Origin: Lama guanicoe
Taxonomy: Eukaryota
NCBI GenBank assembly: GCA_013239625.1
Contig: MU053823.1
Coordinates: 209,698 to 273,697, forward strand
Length of the DNA: 64,000 nucleotides
Direction of reading: 5' to 3'
Shown piece after piece: positions 52,111 to 64,000 of this stretch (position 1 is its first letter; each line of letters opens with the position of its first letter). A program made the position numbers and the translations under genes. The notes below the pieces were generated by a model. That model was not told the DNA's origin and searched no databases. It was given only the letters and a program-made list of their open reading frames with translations.

Positions 52111-52599
52111 GTTTCGGCTTCTATTATGATTCGATTCAAAATAAACACTGTCCGAACTCTGGTGAGCAGGGTGACGGATCAAAATCCAGTCCCCAGAGGC
52201 GAAGACAGTGCGAGGCACACACAAAAGCAAGGGAGGAACCAAAACAGAATGAAATCAGCCTCTAGCCAGGTAGGTAGGTACAAGCAACACGCGGGCATTC
52301 GGAGGCAGGAAGGGTTCCACCTCGGGAGAGAGAACCCTCTAGAAGTCACCGGGGCAGCAGCCTCTGAACGGAGTTGTAAGAATGAGTGGGGACTTCGACA
52401 CGTGGCCAAGACGCCAGAAGTGAGGGACACCGCAAAGGATTTTGGCAAAGGCGCAAAGTCTAAAACTGAATGGCTCGGGTCAACGGAACGGGCTGCAGAG
52501 TGTTTATCACACAAAATGCCACGAGAACGGAGGGATAATAGTAACCACCGTTACACCTCAAGGTACTAAACCGCAGTCCGGGCTAAAAGAACAAAGGTG

Positions 52600-53620
52600 T
52601 GGTTAAGAAAGCCAAAATGACCATGACCCCATCGCTCCCCACCATCTTCCAGGTGCCTACGCTGGAGGCCCGGCGACTCGCGCCCGGTAGACGGCGAACC
52701 AGCATCCCCCTCAGGCGGCAAGCGTTCCGCGGCAGCAGCAGGACGAAGCGACCCCGCGCGAGAACTACAGCTCCCGCCGCGCCCTGGGGGGCGGGCCCCG
52801 CCCCGCAGTGCCGCTTCCGCCTCCGCCCTCACGCGCCCCCGCCGTCCGGCCTACCCGGGAGCGGGCCCGGCACGTGACCGCGCGTGACCTCTCGTGACCC
52901 CACGTGACGGGGGCGCGAGCCGAGGGGCCCGGGGGCGTGGCGCTGGGATCCCCGTTAGTAGCAAAGCGATCCGACAAAGTGGAACTCAACTTCAAAATCT
53001 CCGTGGGGATTGGAGTTGGTGCCCGGAGGGCGGATCCCGACGCCCACGTCCCTGGCCAATCAGCGCCTGGGATTCTCTGAGAGACGGAGAAGGGGAGAGG
53101 GGCGAGCGGCTCTGTGGTCACATGTCGCGGGGTCTGGTGGGAGGGACGGTCGCCCAGCGGCGCCCGGCGCTTCCTGTTTCCGGTTCCCGGAGTGGAGCTC
53201 AACGAGGCGCTTGGCGGGGACCCTGGCTCTGCCACGAGCTCTGGGACCGGGGTCTGCGGCCGGCCCCTCGCAGGCCCTGTCTCCCAGCCGCGGGCAGTTA
53301 TTCAGTCGGGGATTCTGAGCTTTGGCTGCTCCCTTTGCCCGCGACACGTGAGTATGAGGGGCGTGGAGGAGGAGGGGGCTGGAGAACAATCACCCCTCGT
53401 GTCTGTGACAGGGGTCGGCATCGCTAAGTACCCCTTGGCCCGAGTTCTAGCCCAAAATCCAGCAGAGGAGCCCGAGGGCAGAAAGGCGGAGGCGTGAGGT
53501 TGGGGAGTCACAGAGTCCCGGAGGGAGCGAGGGAGAAAGGCCCTCCGAGACCAGAGAGGGAATTCGCGTGTTTGGAAGTCAGGAAAAGCAAGGTCCCTAA
53601 ACCTGGAGTCCGGTCGAGGT
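52600..53620. promoter_or_regulatory. M6PR: CpG island / M6PR promoter
   Basis: Abrupt GC- and CpG-rich segment with GC boxes, ACTACAnnTCCC (ZNF143/THAP11-type) at ~52764, E-boxes at 52871 and 52901, CCAAT at ~53056, ETS-like CTTCCTGTTTCCGG at ~53170. Confidence 0.92.
53120..53347 (+). other. M6PR: M6PR non-coding exon 1 (5' start approximate)
   Basis: Ends gcgacac|GTGAGT (donor at 53348); resembles the recalled human M6PR 5'UTR; joins the G preceding the ATG in exon 2. Confidence 0.8.
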
Positions 53621-56600
53621 GTTCCTGGATACCTGTGGAAGGGATTTTGGCCTGCATCGTGGAGGGAGGTTAAAAGTAGCATCGTGTGTAGAGGATATGG
53701 CCCTAAGCAGTTGGGAAGTCAGGAGTCTAGGCGGAACGAGAATGTCTGGAACGCTGGAGGAAATGTGAGGAAGATGAGTGTATGAGATGAAGAGTAGCTA
53801 ACCGAGAGATTTGTGTTCCTCTTTGCAGGAGCTTCTGCCCTTGGGGCCGTAGGCTTCTGCCTTGAGGCTTTAACAGCACTGCGCGGTTCAGCTAGCTAAG
53901 GCTGCTCTTCTGAAAGTGTAGTCTGCTGGAGACGGGAGATAGGGCCGCCTCATCAGAAATGAGTCGGAGAGAAGAAAGTAGAAATACCATTGAAAAACGG
54001 AAAATGCTCATGGCTGGTTAAAGGGTGGGGGAAGTAAGTGATACAGAGGCCCAGTGATCTCGAGTGCTTCCCAGTTCCTGGCTTAGTCGTTGGTCATCCC
54101 ATTGAAGGAGAATTTTTAGCATTAACCAAATAGATCTATCATTGTAGAACAAGAAAATTGAAAGGGACTTTTCAAAATCTTCTAAGTCCTGCCGCTTGTC
54201 TCCAAAGTATCTAGGACAGACTCTTGCGCCTTGAGAATCTTAATTGTAGCACATTACAAAGGGACTACCCAGCCCTTGGATTTAATGCTCTTTGTAATAC
54301 GTTTTTGCACTCTTGTATTTATGAGACGTTTTCCAGTAAATATCTTTATGCTGTGAATCATTCAAGTTGCCCCCCTAACTTCAACATGTTTAATACTTGT
54401 ATAACTTAAGGTAAGTTAACTTAACCTCTGTGAAAATCGGTTTCCTCATCTGTAAAGTGGGAGAAATTATATCTACTTTTCTAGGTTGTGAAGGTTAATG
54501 CGCATAATCTAGATAAGGCACAGAGAGCGCATACCACCTAATCAAAGAGAAGCAGCTCAACCATAGCCAAACCTTAACCAGGAAAGACAGGAACAAATTT
54601 TTTCTCGTCCTAACTTTTTGAACCAATAAGAACAAGTAGTTCAACTTAATTAATGCTGACTGCAAGGTGTTTCGTCCTTTCCCAGTTTTGTGAGATTCTT
54701 TGCTCTAATTTGGGAAAAGAAATCATCAACTGTTAGCAGATAAGGAACTAACTTTGAAGCCAAAGAACACAGCCTTCTGTGTGAGCATCCCTCTGGAAAA
54801 CCGATCCTGGAAAAAAAAATCTTGAAAGGCTGGAATGTTGAAATTTCAAATTGGATCCTGACAGAATGTAAGGAAAATGGCATGCTAAATCAGTCTAATA
54901 AAAGGAGTCTCTTATTTCATTTTTGAAACTCAGCTGGTCAAGTTGTGTGTTGAGCAATGAATGAATTAAAGGAAAAGTAGGAGTTTGAGGTCTGGGTTCT
55001 TTATTCCGCCTTCTAGTCAGTGAACTGTGTGAAGAGTCACTTCCCCTTCGTGCTTTGTCAAAAAAAAAAGAAAAGCAAGTCTTTGACTGCTTACTCTAAT
55101 CCCCAAAAAATTAATGTGAAAGAAGATGTACATATAGTGGCTAAGGGTAGACCGTGAACTGGGAGCTATGACTATCTGCTTCACGCCGCTAGCTGTGTCT
55201 GTTTTCTTAACTGTAAAATAAGAAAAATAATTGTATTTACTGCATAGGGTTGTTGTTTAAGGCTTAATCAGTTAACGAATGTTAAGTGCATCAAACAGTC
55301 CCTGGCAAAAAGCAAGCACTCTGCTTTTTCCTGCTTATGCTTTGAATGTGTTTATGGGGGCTTCAGACTTTGTGGCTGGCCGTAATTATTCTAGGAAAAC
55401 ATCTTAGTAAACTACGCTGAATTAATGTTTGGAGTACACCAAGTCAGAGAGACGACTTCCCAAGCACAGTAGAATGTGGTAAACAGAAAGTCAAATGTAA
55501 CTTCATTTAGGAGAGTGGAGAAAATTTATTCAGGTACTTATTAGTACCCATTAAATTCTGCCTATTTCAAGTTTTATATTCTAAAAGTGCAATGGAGTCA
55601 TTTGAAACAGTATGAAAACGAATTAGAGGACTCTGAAAGAGTATTTGAACCAAAGTCAAGACTTGTAGTATGGAAGCATTTTACCATAAATGAGAAAAGT
55701 TTGGGAGAATTGAATCTTTGTATCAGGAAAATTGGTGATACTGTTATGAAATTAACAAGTAGCAGTGGCCTGGATCATAGACACCAGAATGAATTCTTTT
55801 GCAAGGGTAAATCAGTAGCCTGGGTGTAAAGATGAGATTAGAGAAAAGAAAATGAGTTTGGGAAACAGCCACACGTTTCCACTCCTAGAGCAGTACCAGT
55901 GGCAGGTGAGTTGATTTGCTAATTTTGTAAGGTGGCTTGATGATTCCCAAGAATGGTCAGCAATTTGGAATTGTAGGAAGACAGCTGTACTTACTGGAAA
56001 TCTAGAAACTCTTGAGATTCATGACTTGTGGAGCCTGAGGTGAGTTTTGGAATATCTTCAAACCACTCATTTTGACCTAGTGAATTCTGTTCCTGTTGTT
56101 TAAATGATTGAATGATTTTTCAGAGATGAGACACTAGAGCAGATCGATGCTGAGATCCTGGCACTGTGGCTGTGTTTATCTCTGCTCATCATTCTTATGG
56201 TGAATATGAACGCAGACTGTTGGATGCTCCTGAATATTAAAATGAGGGGTTAGAGCCCAGAGTATGCGAGTCTCTTTATTTTACATCTTTTTTTAGTAAC
56301 TTCCAACCAGCCCTTAGCAAGTGTTCATTTTAATTTGAGTATTATCTTAGGGAGAGTCACTGGCTTTAGCAGTATTTAGGAACTAGTATTAAACTTTAAA
56401 TAATGAGACATCTCAATCCAACTTTTCACCAGACGGTAAAGAGGCAAGGATGCCTCCACCAGGCTGTCATAATTAGTTCTTTTTTGTTCTTTCCTTTCTC
56501 TCTTCTCACCTTTGTAGTTTGTGCTGAAAGACTTACCTATGAGTTAGGCTGAAAGTGATAAATATATGAATTTCCTAACATGGGTGCTCTTGACTCAGAG

Positions 56601-56761
56601 ATGTTATGAGGTACTATTTGTTGCATATGCCAGAGAATCTGACTGTTTCTGCAGATTCAAAATACTGTTCATTAGTGGCACCTTCGTATTCTCTAGGCCA
56701 TTGACTGGTTCTTCTGACAGTTTCTAGGACAAAAAATTTGTCTTTTTCCCAAGTCGAAATA

Positions 56762-56860
56762 TTCTTTTCTTTTTTTCTTTCATGGGGGTACGGAGATTGA
56801 ACCCAGGATCTTGCACATACTAAGCATGTGCTCTACCACTGAGCAATACCCCCACCCCCA
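56762..56860 (-). mobile_element. tRNA-derived SINE (vic-1-like) in M6PR intron 1
   Basis: Reverse complement ggggtattgctcagtggtagagcacatgcttagtatgtgcaagatcctgggttcaatctccgtaccccc plus A-rich tail. Confidence 0.85.
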
Positions 56861-57328
56861 GAGATACTCCTGTTGTATGCACACCTTGCAGAAATCATCG
56901 ACAATCTGTAGACAATAACTCTTCACCAAGGCCGATGCTGTCCTCTTTGTTGAATGCACGTTGTGGCCCTGTCCTGAAAGGACACCGGGAGGACAGGAGG
57001 TGAGCAGTGGTGTCAGACAAGGGAGTCAGCTGGGAAGAAGCTTTTAAAATAACTTTTAAGAAGAAAAAGAGGAACCCAGAGACTTAAGAAGTCAGTTTTG
57101 AATATTAAAGGATGGCAAAAAGAACATGGGTGACAGCTAAAATCTTGAACTAGAGATGAGAAAATAAAGCCCAACTTCATGATAACGAAGAAACCTGACT
57201 AGTGTAATGTAGGTGATGGATGGAGGATAAAAAGTTTTTTTAAATGCCATTCATTAATCGCATATTCATATGCTTTCTCTCTTTCCCTTCTCTTCTCATC
57301 TCCCCACTCCCTGCCTTCCCCCAAAAGG

Positions 57329-57507
57329 ATGCGCCCCTTCTGCTGCTCCTGGAGGACCGGACCACTCCTGCTCCTGCTGCTGGTCGGGGCGGTGAGGGAC
57401 TCCTGGCAGACGGAAGAAAAAACATGCGACCTGGTGGGAGAAAAGGGTAAAGAGTCAGAGAACGAACTGGCTCTGCTGAAGAGGCTGAAGCCGCTGTATA
57501 ACAAAAG
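57329..57507 (+). CDS. M6PR: M6PR coding exon 2 (signal peptide, N-terminus)
   Basis: aag|g[62 protein letters not shown]; gtaaat donor. Confidence 0.97.
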
Positions 57508-58274
57508 GTAAATGAGAAGAACCTTAAAGGCTTGAAAATGACTTTATTTAAGAATCTTTTCCTCCTCTCACTGATTTGATTTTAGTATTTCTACCAGATA
57601 TGTAGGGGGTACATGTATCATAACCTTCCCTGAGAGGTGGTTCTAACCTAAACTTCAGCAGCATTGGTCTTCCTGGGCCGTGACATCTTGCTCTCCTTTA
57701 GGATGCAGAGCAGATGCTCGGCCCGGTGCTCAGTAGCCATGTGCAGGCATCTTTTGCAAAAGAGTAGCCGTTTCCAAGACTGGGTCCAATGGACCAGCTT
57801 ATAGGAAATTAAAAAGCAGCATTTGATACATCTATGCAGTAGGACCTTAGAAGTACCAGATGGACATACGGAGGCCTATATGTGTCATCATAAGTGTCAG
57901 GAATCCTGGGTATGTGAATCTGGAGATCATCTTTAAGGAACTAAGGAGTGTCTCATGAACATAGACCCTTACTCACTGGGAAGTAGTAGCTAACACTTGA
58001 GCATAGTCTAGAGGAGTTATTCTGGAAATATCTAGAATACTCGCCATCTTGGGTGCTGTATTTTAATCAGTCAGCAGCAGTTAGGGTGTGGTCAGGGTCT
58101 GTCAGGTCATGGGGACCTCATGGTGCAGCAGGTGTGATTCACCATTACATCTACTGTGACATCAGGTAAATAAATTGAAGGCACCTTTTTTTGTTGGTGG
58201 TGGTTAAAAGGAGGCTGCTCTTAAGGCTGACAGCCAGTAACTGTCCTCTTCTGTCTCCTCACTTCTCCTTGCAG

Positions 58275-58441
58275 CTTTGAGAGCACCGTGGGCCAGGGCT
58301 CAGACACGTATGTCTACATGTTCAGGGTGTGCCGAGAAGCTGGCAACCACAGCTCCGGGGCAGGCCTGGTGCAGATCAGCAAGAGCAGCGGGAAGGAGAC
58401 AGTCGTAGGGAGACTCAACGAGACTCACATCTTCAATGGAA
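58275..58441 (+). CDS. M6PR: M6PR exon 3
   Basis: cttgcag / gtaaga; 167 nt; [56 protein letters not shown]. Confidence 0.98.
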
Positions 58442-59421
58442 GTAAGACTCTCCCAGTTGATTAGTTATGGATCCCAGGTCAGTCCCTCTGACAGTCCTGT
58501 CTCAGCCCTGCCCGGTCCCTGCAGTGCATCATACGGTGTGTGTGGTTCAGCATACCTGAGATACCTGCAAACCAGAGGGTACCTTGTTCCACAGTCCTGC
58601 AGCCAAGGCTCAGGACATTTATGTGTTTGTTTTAAAGTGAGATCAAGCTTTTTTAAAAACCAGTCAGTCTACAAAAATCTCCCCCCCAACTTGAGTTTGG
58701 GTGATATTTCTCAAAAGTCATAAATCTTACTGCTAGAAGGGACTATGTGAGCAACTGTGGTCTGTTTTCCTTCCTTAAGCAGACGAGTAAGTGATTTAGT
58801 GCAGATTGCTGCTCCTGTAAATAACATAATTTTAAAAATGTCAAAAAAAAAGAAAACCCAAAAAAAAAATGTCAAGAGTTTGAGGCTAGAGATCAGAAGA
58901 CTGGAATTTTGACCCAGCTCATATTTATTTGTCCTGTGACTTTGAAATATCATTTCACCTTTTTTACTTTGTTTTTTCATATGCAAAATTAGAAGCAAAA
59001 TCCTTACCCTATTCACTCACATTATTACTGAATCAAATGATATTTTGTAAAAGAAATTTGAACACAGAAAATACTAAAGAAGGAGAGAATCCCCTTCCCC
59101 GAGTCTTAAAAATCATCCACTTTGAATTTATGTGTGGTTAATTTAAAATCTTAGACGTTCGCTTGCCACCCAGTAATGGTATGTCACCTCATCTTTTGAT
59201 GTCAGCAGGTGTTCAGAAAATGCAAATCATGATTAGGGGATAGATCATAATTGTATTTGCACTATTGGTTGCCTACCTTTAACATGGAAAATTATGATTG
59301 TTCTTGTATGAATATCTGATTCTCAGTTCTCTTAACGAGGGAATACAAAGCTGTTGTAAGGAAGCACGTTTTAGCCGGTATTTCTGGTGCATGGAGTTCA
59401 TGCTGATAAGGGTTATTTTAA

Positions 59422-59652
<231 letters not shown>

Positions 59653-59926
59653 TAGGAGCCTAGAGGGGCCATGAAGGGACTGACCTTTCAGTGGGAGAGA
59701 CTGTCTGGAGGGAACAGGATCATTGGGATGGATCAGAGAAAACTGGAGGTTCAGTTTTTCCCTGAGTCATAGACACCCGTCTTCCATCATTCATGGGAAA
59801 TAGGTTTTTGAAGCAGGAGAAAGCAGATGTTTTGGGGGTCTTGGGGGGGGTTGTTCTTTTTTCAGACAGGCCTCAAAAAAAAACACTTTACCACATAAAC
59901 GTTGTGTTCTGTCCTCTCGCCATCAG

Positions 59927-60057
59927 GACAATTTTAACCCTGTGTCTGAGGAGCGAGGCAAAGTCCAAGACTGTTTCTACCTCTTTGAGATGGATAGCAG
60001 CCTGGCCTGCTCCCCGGAGGTCTCCCACCTCAGCGTGGGCTCCATCTTACTTGTCAC
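59927..60057 (+). CDS. M6PR: M6PR exon 5
   Basis: catcag / gtgagt; 131 nt; [43 protein letters not shown]. Confidence 0.98.
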
Positions 60058-60571
60058 GTGAGTCCTTTTCCTGTATCAGTCCAAGCCTTTTTTTTAACTC
60101 AACAATTATTTGGAGGTATATGTGTACAAAACATAATTGGAGGGGGAAGAACTTTGGGAAAATCCTCTTTAAACTCTGCGCACATTTTGAAAAGTGAGAC
60201 TGTTTTGTCCCCAGTAAGTATTTGCGTTTGCAGGTGGGTTTTTTCCCTTCTTGGGGGCCAGACAGTTTTTCGTACTATCCCATTAGATTGTTAGAACTTT
60301 TGAAGAAATGGAGTTGTGTCTCTACTAGTGACTATTCTCAGCCCTAAGCCAGAGTGACAATTTTATTTTTTTCTGAGCCTTTTGTGTTTCTCAGACTGAC
60401 AGTACTAGTTGGTTTTCTAAGGAAGCTACCAGTCCCTTTTCATTAACATGACTACCTTTTTTTTCCCTCTCTCATTTTTATGGAACACTGCTAACAATGA
60501 ATGTAGAGATTTTCTTTACTGGGTTTCACTATTTCTTGGTTTTGAAGTATAGATGTCTTTCTCCCTAACAG

Positions 60572-60698
60572 GTTTGCATCACTGGTCGCTGTTTATATCA
60601 TTGGGGGGTTCCTGTACCAGCGACTGGTGGTGGGAGCCAAAGGAATGGAGCAGTTTCCTCACTTAGCCTTCTGGCAGGATCTTGGCAACCTGGTAGCA
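60572..60698 (+). CDS. M6PR: M6PR exon 6 (TM and proximal cytosolic tail)
   Basis: taacag / gtaagt; 127 nt; [43 protein letters not shown] (FW di-aromatic motif). Confidence 0.98.
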
Positions 60699-61164
60699 GT
60701 AAGTACCAGGGCAGCTGGCTAAGTCGTGGCCTGCATGCAGGGTTGAAGGACCAGCCATCCTGGTTTGCCCAGACTGAGAGGTTTCCTGAGACACAGGACT
60801 TGGGCACTAAAACCACAAAAGTCACAGCAAACCGAGACAGTTGCCTTAGTGCAGAGTAGTAAGTAGTGTCGCACCTTAGTGTCTGGCCCTGCTGAGACCT
60901 GGCCGGAGGAGCCATGCTGTTTCAGGTTGGGAAGTCCACTACAGCCGTCAGGGGCCTGGATGGGGAGAGGGGGTGGCCTGATTAGAATTTTACAACTGTC
61001 TCCTCGTGCAGTTTAGGCTAATCCTCGGGCTTTGGAGTTTTCTCTTCATTATCCCCAGAAAAAAACTAATTCTTGCCACATTCTTAGACCATTAATATCC
61101 TTTGTCTTACCCTAAAGTTGCTTATTCCAAATGATCACTTCCTTCCTTTCCTTTTTCCCTTCAG

Positions 61165-61287
61165 GACGGCTGTGACTTTGTGTGCCGATCTAAACCTCGG
61201 AATGTGCCTGCTGCGTACCGCGGTGTGGGGGATGACCAGCTGGGGGAGGAGTCAGAAGAAAGGGATGACCATTTATTACCAATGTGA
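61165..61287 (+). CDS. M6PR: M6PR exon 7 coding part (sorting signals, stop)
   Basis: ttcag acceptor; [44 protein letters not shown] and DxxLL motifs. CDS totals 837 nt = 278 aa + stop. Confidence 0.98.
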   Translation, partial: DGCDFVCRSKPRNVPAAYRGVGDDQLGEESEERDDHLLPM

Positions 61288-62765
61288 TTGCACTTTAAAT
61301 GTCCAGCTTCTTCAGCCCCCAAACCAAAGCATACTCAGCCAGATTTCTAAAGCAGCCTCCACTCCGGTCCCTCATCTCCCCCTTAATACTGCTCTTGCTT
61401 TCCGGTTTGCTTTTGGTTTGCACCCACTTCTCAGTGGTAGAAACACCTTCCCTTTGCTTCCTGTTTTGCTTTCCCTCTTGGGGTGCAACTGTAGGACAGA
61501 GATGGTGTCACAGGCCGACGGCAGGAGAGGCTGTTGCACCCTCTCTCGCTATCAGAAGGTACAGCAGGAGAGTTATGGGAACAAAAGGGTGTGGCAGGCT
61601 CCTTGACCCTTTCTTTTTTAAACACATCTTCACAAGTTTTTGAGACACTGGATTTCTTTTTAAAAAGAAAAAAGGCAAAGAAACATTATTTATACAGTTT
61701 GATTGCTTTCATGCTGTTGCTCTGCACCCTACAGTAGTCTCCATGAGAATCTGGATGTAATTTCTTGCTGCTTGAAACTATTTTGCAGTGATTACTTGGT
61801 TGCATTCCAAGTACTGCCATTTGGTCTGAGCCTGGAGATGTCATAGACTTAATTCTCCCACCTCTCGGACTGTGATGGGGAAGATGTGAAATTTCCCAGT
61901 TAGAGGACTACAAGGTACCACACTTCATTTGCTGGCGTTGGAGTGACTTTACAGCTGGAACTGGGCCCTGGATTGTAGTCTTAGGTTATTGGTCCACTTG
62001 TAGCCAAAATGCCTGATCCAGAAGTCCAGTCCGGTGGAAAGGGAAACTGAAATTGACCTCCTATGCCACCAGGGTTCCAGAAAAGGGAAGCCTGTTTATG
62101 TTGTAGTGGGATCTCCCTGATGGCTTTCTTTTCCCACTTGTAGTAAAAGCTGGCAAAGCTTTTCTGACTCCTCAGATACTTCCCTCTACCAAAATTTCTA
62201 AATATGTTGCACTTTCCCTTCGCAGGCATGTCATTTTGACTTTTCCCCCCCAGTCTCCTGGAAAGGGAATGGAAGCAGAAGTGGGGCACCGAGGGCTCTG
62301 CCACCTTCTGCTCCGGGTGTGGATGCTGCCGCACCTGCCCCCTTCTGGCTCAGGGAAGTGTTTTCTTGCCCACATCCTTTCAGTAGGGAGAGGTTCTTAT
62401 CCTCTGATGCCTCCACCTTGCTGTTAAGTAAGGCCATGTGCCCAGAAACCTGGCCTGATCTTTCTGTGATAGTGACCTTGGGCCACTGGAGAGTAACGTG
62501 GCTCCACTGGGCACGAGAGGCTGGGCTCAACAGGCAGGGGCCTTTCTAGCCTTTAGAGAAGAAAATGAAGTTATTTCCTCTTTAGACTTTTAAATCCTAT
62601 TGGAATGATTTTTTTTCTTTCTAAACAGGGAAATAATGTTATAAAAGCATCTTTTTCATTATTTGTTTGCCTCCCTTCCCCACACCCTGGTGTTTTAAAA
62701 ATGCAAAAAAGATACACTTTTTGTACAAAAACACTTAAAAGATTAAAAAAAAAATGTTGGCCTAC
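61288..62765 (+). other. M6PR: M6PR 3'UTR (end approximate)
   Basis: Follows the stop codon; ATTAAA at 62742-62747 with upstream TGTA. Confidence 0.6.
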
Positions 62766-62839
62766 TCATTTGTGTGAAAGAAGAGGGTAGATACGCTGGA
62801 ATGATGGAGTAAGACAGCCAAGACCAATTTTCATCCTTT

Positions 62840-63657
62840 TACTGAGGAGGGAAAAAAAATATTTAATATTTTTTGTTGTATAAGGAATAGCGCCTAAGGC
62901 AGGTACTTCTACACCTGACCTCAGCCCCACGCGCTCCTGCTTTATAAAGCTATAGGACAGAGCAGAGTAGGAATGGGAAAGGGAGGGCAGAAGACAACAG
63001 GCAAACTGGAAGGGAGCAGGGATGCAGAAAGGACGGCAACCGCCACGTGTGTGCCAAACAGTCCCTGCAGCTAATCAGCGTGGTGCCAGCCAAGTCTCTG
63101 CCCTGGCTGTTGGCCCTGCCACGGACGCAGGAGAGAACGTTCAGTACTAAGGGAGGGACAGCACAACTCGGCCACGGCTACAGTCGGACAATCCAGAGGG
63201 AAGGGGGCACCGGATTCTGCTACTTGTGTCACACAAGCTGGAAAAACCCTGCCTCCCGCGCGGCTGAGGCACACCTACGTCCCATCCACCTCCTGGCCCC
63301 GGCACTGAACACTCCTCCTCCTGGAGGACCGAGACCCTGGCTAGACACCCCACTCTGGGATAAGGCTGAGCAGTCCTAGTCCTCCAGACTGCCTCTTTTG
63401 TAAAGACTGAATTGGGGGAGGTGAGAATGGTACAGATTTTAAAAAACAAAGTAGAACCCAGAGAAATGTCAGAGCTGCCGCCATGTAGCACCGGCGACCA
63501 AGCCTCGCACTGTTCTTCCCCGTCTCAGTAATCCACTCTACGGAAGGGTTACATAATTGGAACAGCTCTTTCTTCCCTGTGAAGTCTGCTGGCACCAGGT
63601 CATAACCTGGACAGTGGGGAGTGTCTGCCTTGGGCTGGTTTGTGCAAGAGGGCCACC
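62840..63657 (-). other. PHC1: PHC1 3'UTR (end approximate)
   Basis: Downstream of TAA; minus-strand ATTAAA at 62862-62867. Confidence 0.55.
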
Positions 63658-63812
63658 TTAGGTCTCCTTGAGGACATTTATCTTGGCGCAGATCTTGAGG
63701 GCCGGGCCCAGCTTGATGTTCATGGCACTCATGAGATGTTCCTCTTTAAGTAATAAGAGGGCCTGTCCGTCAATCTCCTGGGAACGAAACTCCTCTGCGA
63801 TCTCTTGGCAGC
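63658..63812 (-). CDS. PHC1: PHC1 last coding exon (SAM domain C-terminal part)
   Basis: cctcctag acceptor; GCQEIAEEFRSQEIDGQALLLLKEEHLMSAMNIKLGPALKICAKINVLKET*, a polyhomeotic SAM domain with PHC1-type end; fits M6PR synteny. Confidence 0.96.
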
Positions 63813-64000
63813 CTAGGAGGAAACGGTGGGAATTAGTACGAGGAGCTACATGGTAGCACCAGAGTGCCTGTCCTAAATCCAGCAGTGCAGTGGCCTGAGA
63901 TGGCAGGCTCCGGGAGCAAACTGAAATCAGAGAGAACAACAGGAAAAAAAGCTGAGATAAAGGGAGAACAACTAAGTTGTTCAACCAGGGGAATAAATTA

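Noticed and set aside
52105..53682. Many overlapping 90-177 aa ORFs on both strands
   Set aside because: Expected in a GC-rich CpG island with few stop codons; low-complexity R/G/P/A translations with no recognisable domain.
61118..61737. ORFs of 64-162 aa over M6PR exon 7 and its 3'UTR
   Set aside because: Alternative frames or UTR sequence with no recognisable homology.
63813..63984. N-terminal extension of the ORF containing the PHC1 SAM domain
   Set aside because: Lies upstream of the cctcctag acceptor; open intronic frame.

Overview
Mammalian genomic DNA, probably camelid (inferred from tRNA-derived vic-1-like SINEs). It covers the KLRG1-M6PR-PHC1 block. (1) KLRG1 is complete on the minus strand: 5 coding exons (41103 to 24418, 189 aa), plus an intact alternative terminal exon (23977-23948) that gives a 195-aa form. 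(2) M6PR (cation-dependent mannose-6-phosphate receptor) is complete on the plus strand: CpG-island promoter at ~52.6-53.6 kb, non-coding exon 1, six coding exons 57329-61287, 278 aa. (3) The last coding exon (SAM domain) and 3'UTR of PHC1 lie on the minus strand, converging on M6PR. Most of the remainder is L1, MaLR/ERV LTRs, MIR/L2, DNA-transposon fossils and microsatellites, and almost all ORF-track entries are spurious. I see no convincing new biological system. The most unusual items are: a ~2.5-kb fossil of an RLE-type (R4/R2/Hero-like) non-LTR retrotransposon in KLRG1 intron 3; four E-box/CLEAR-like units phased at exactly 10 bp in the M6PR promoter; a cluster of AT-to-GC substitutions upstream of KLRG1; and loss of an N-glycosylation sequon in M6PR. 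Comparisons with human, mouse and bovine proteins and with repeat consensus sequences are from memory, not from searches.
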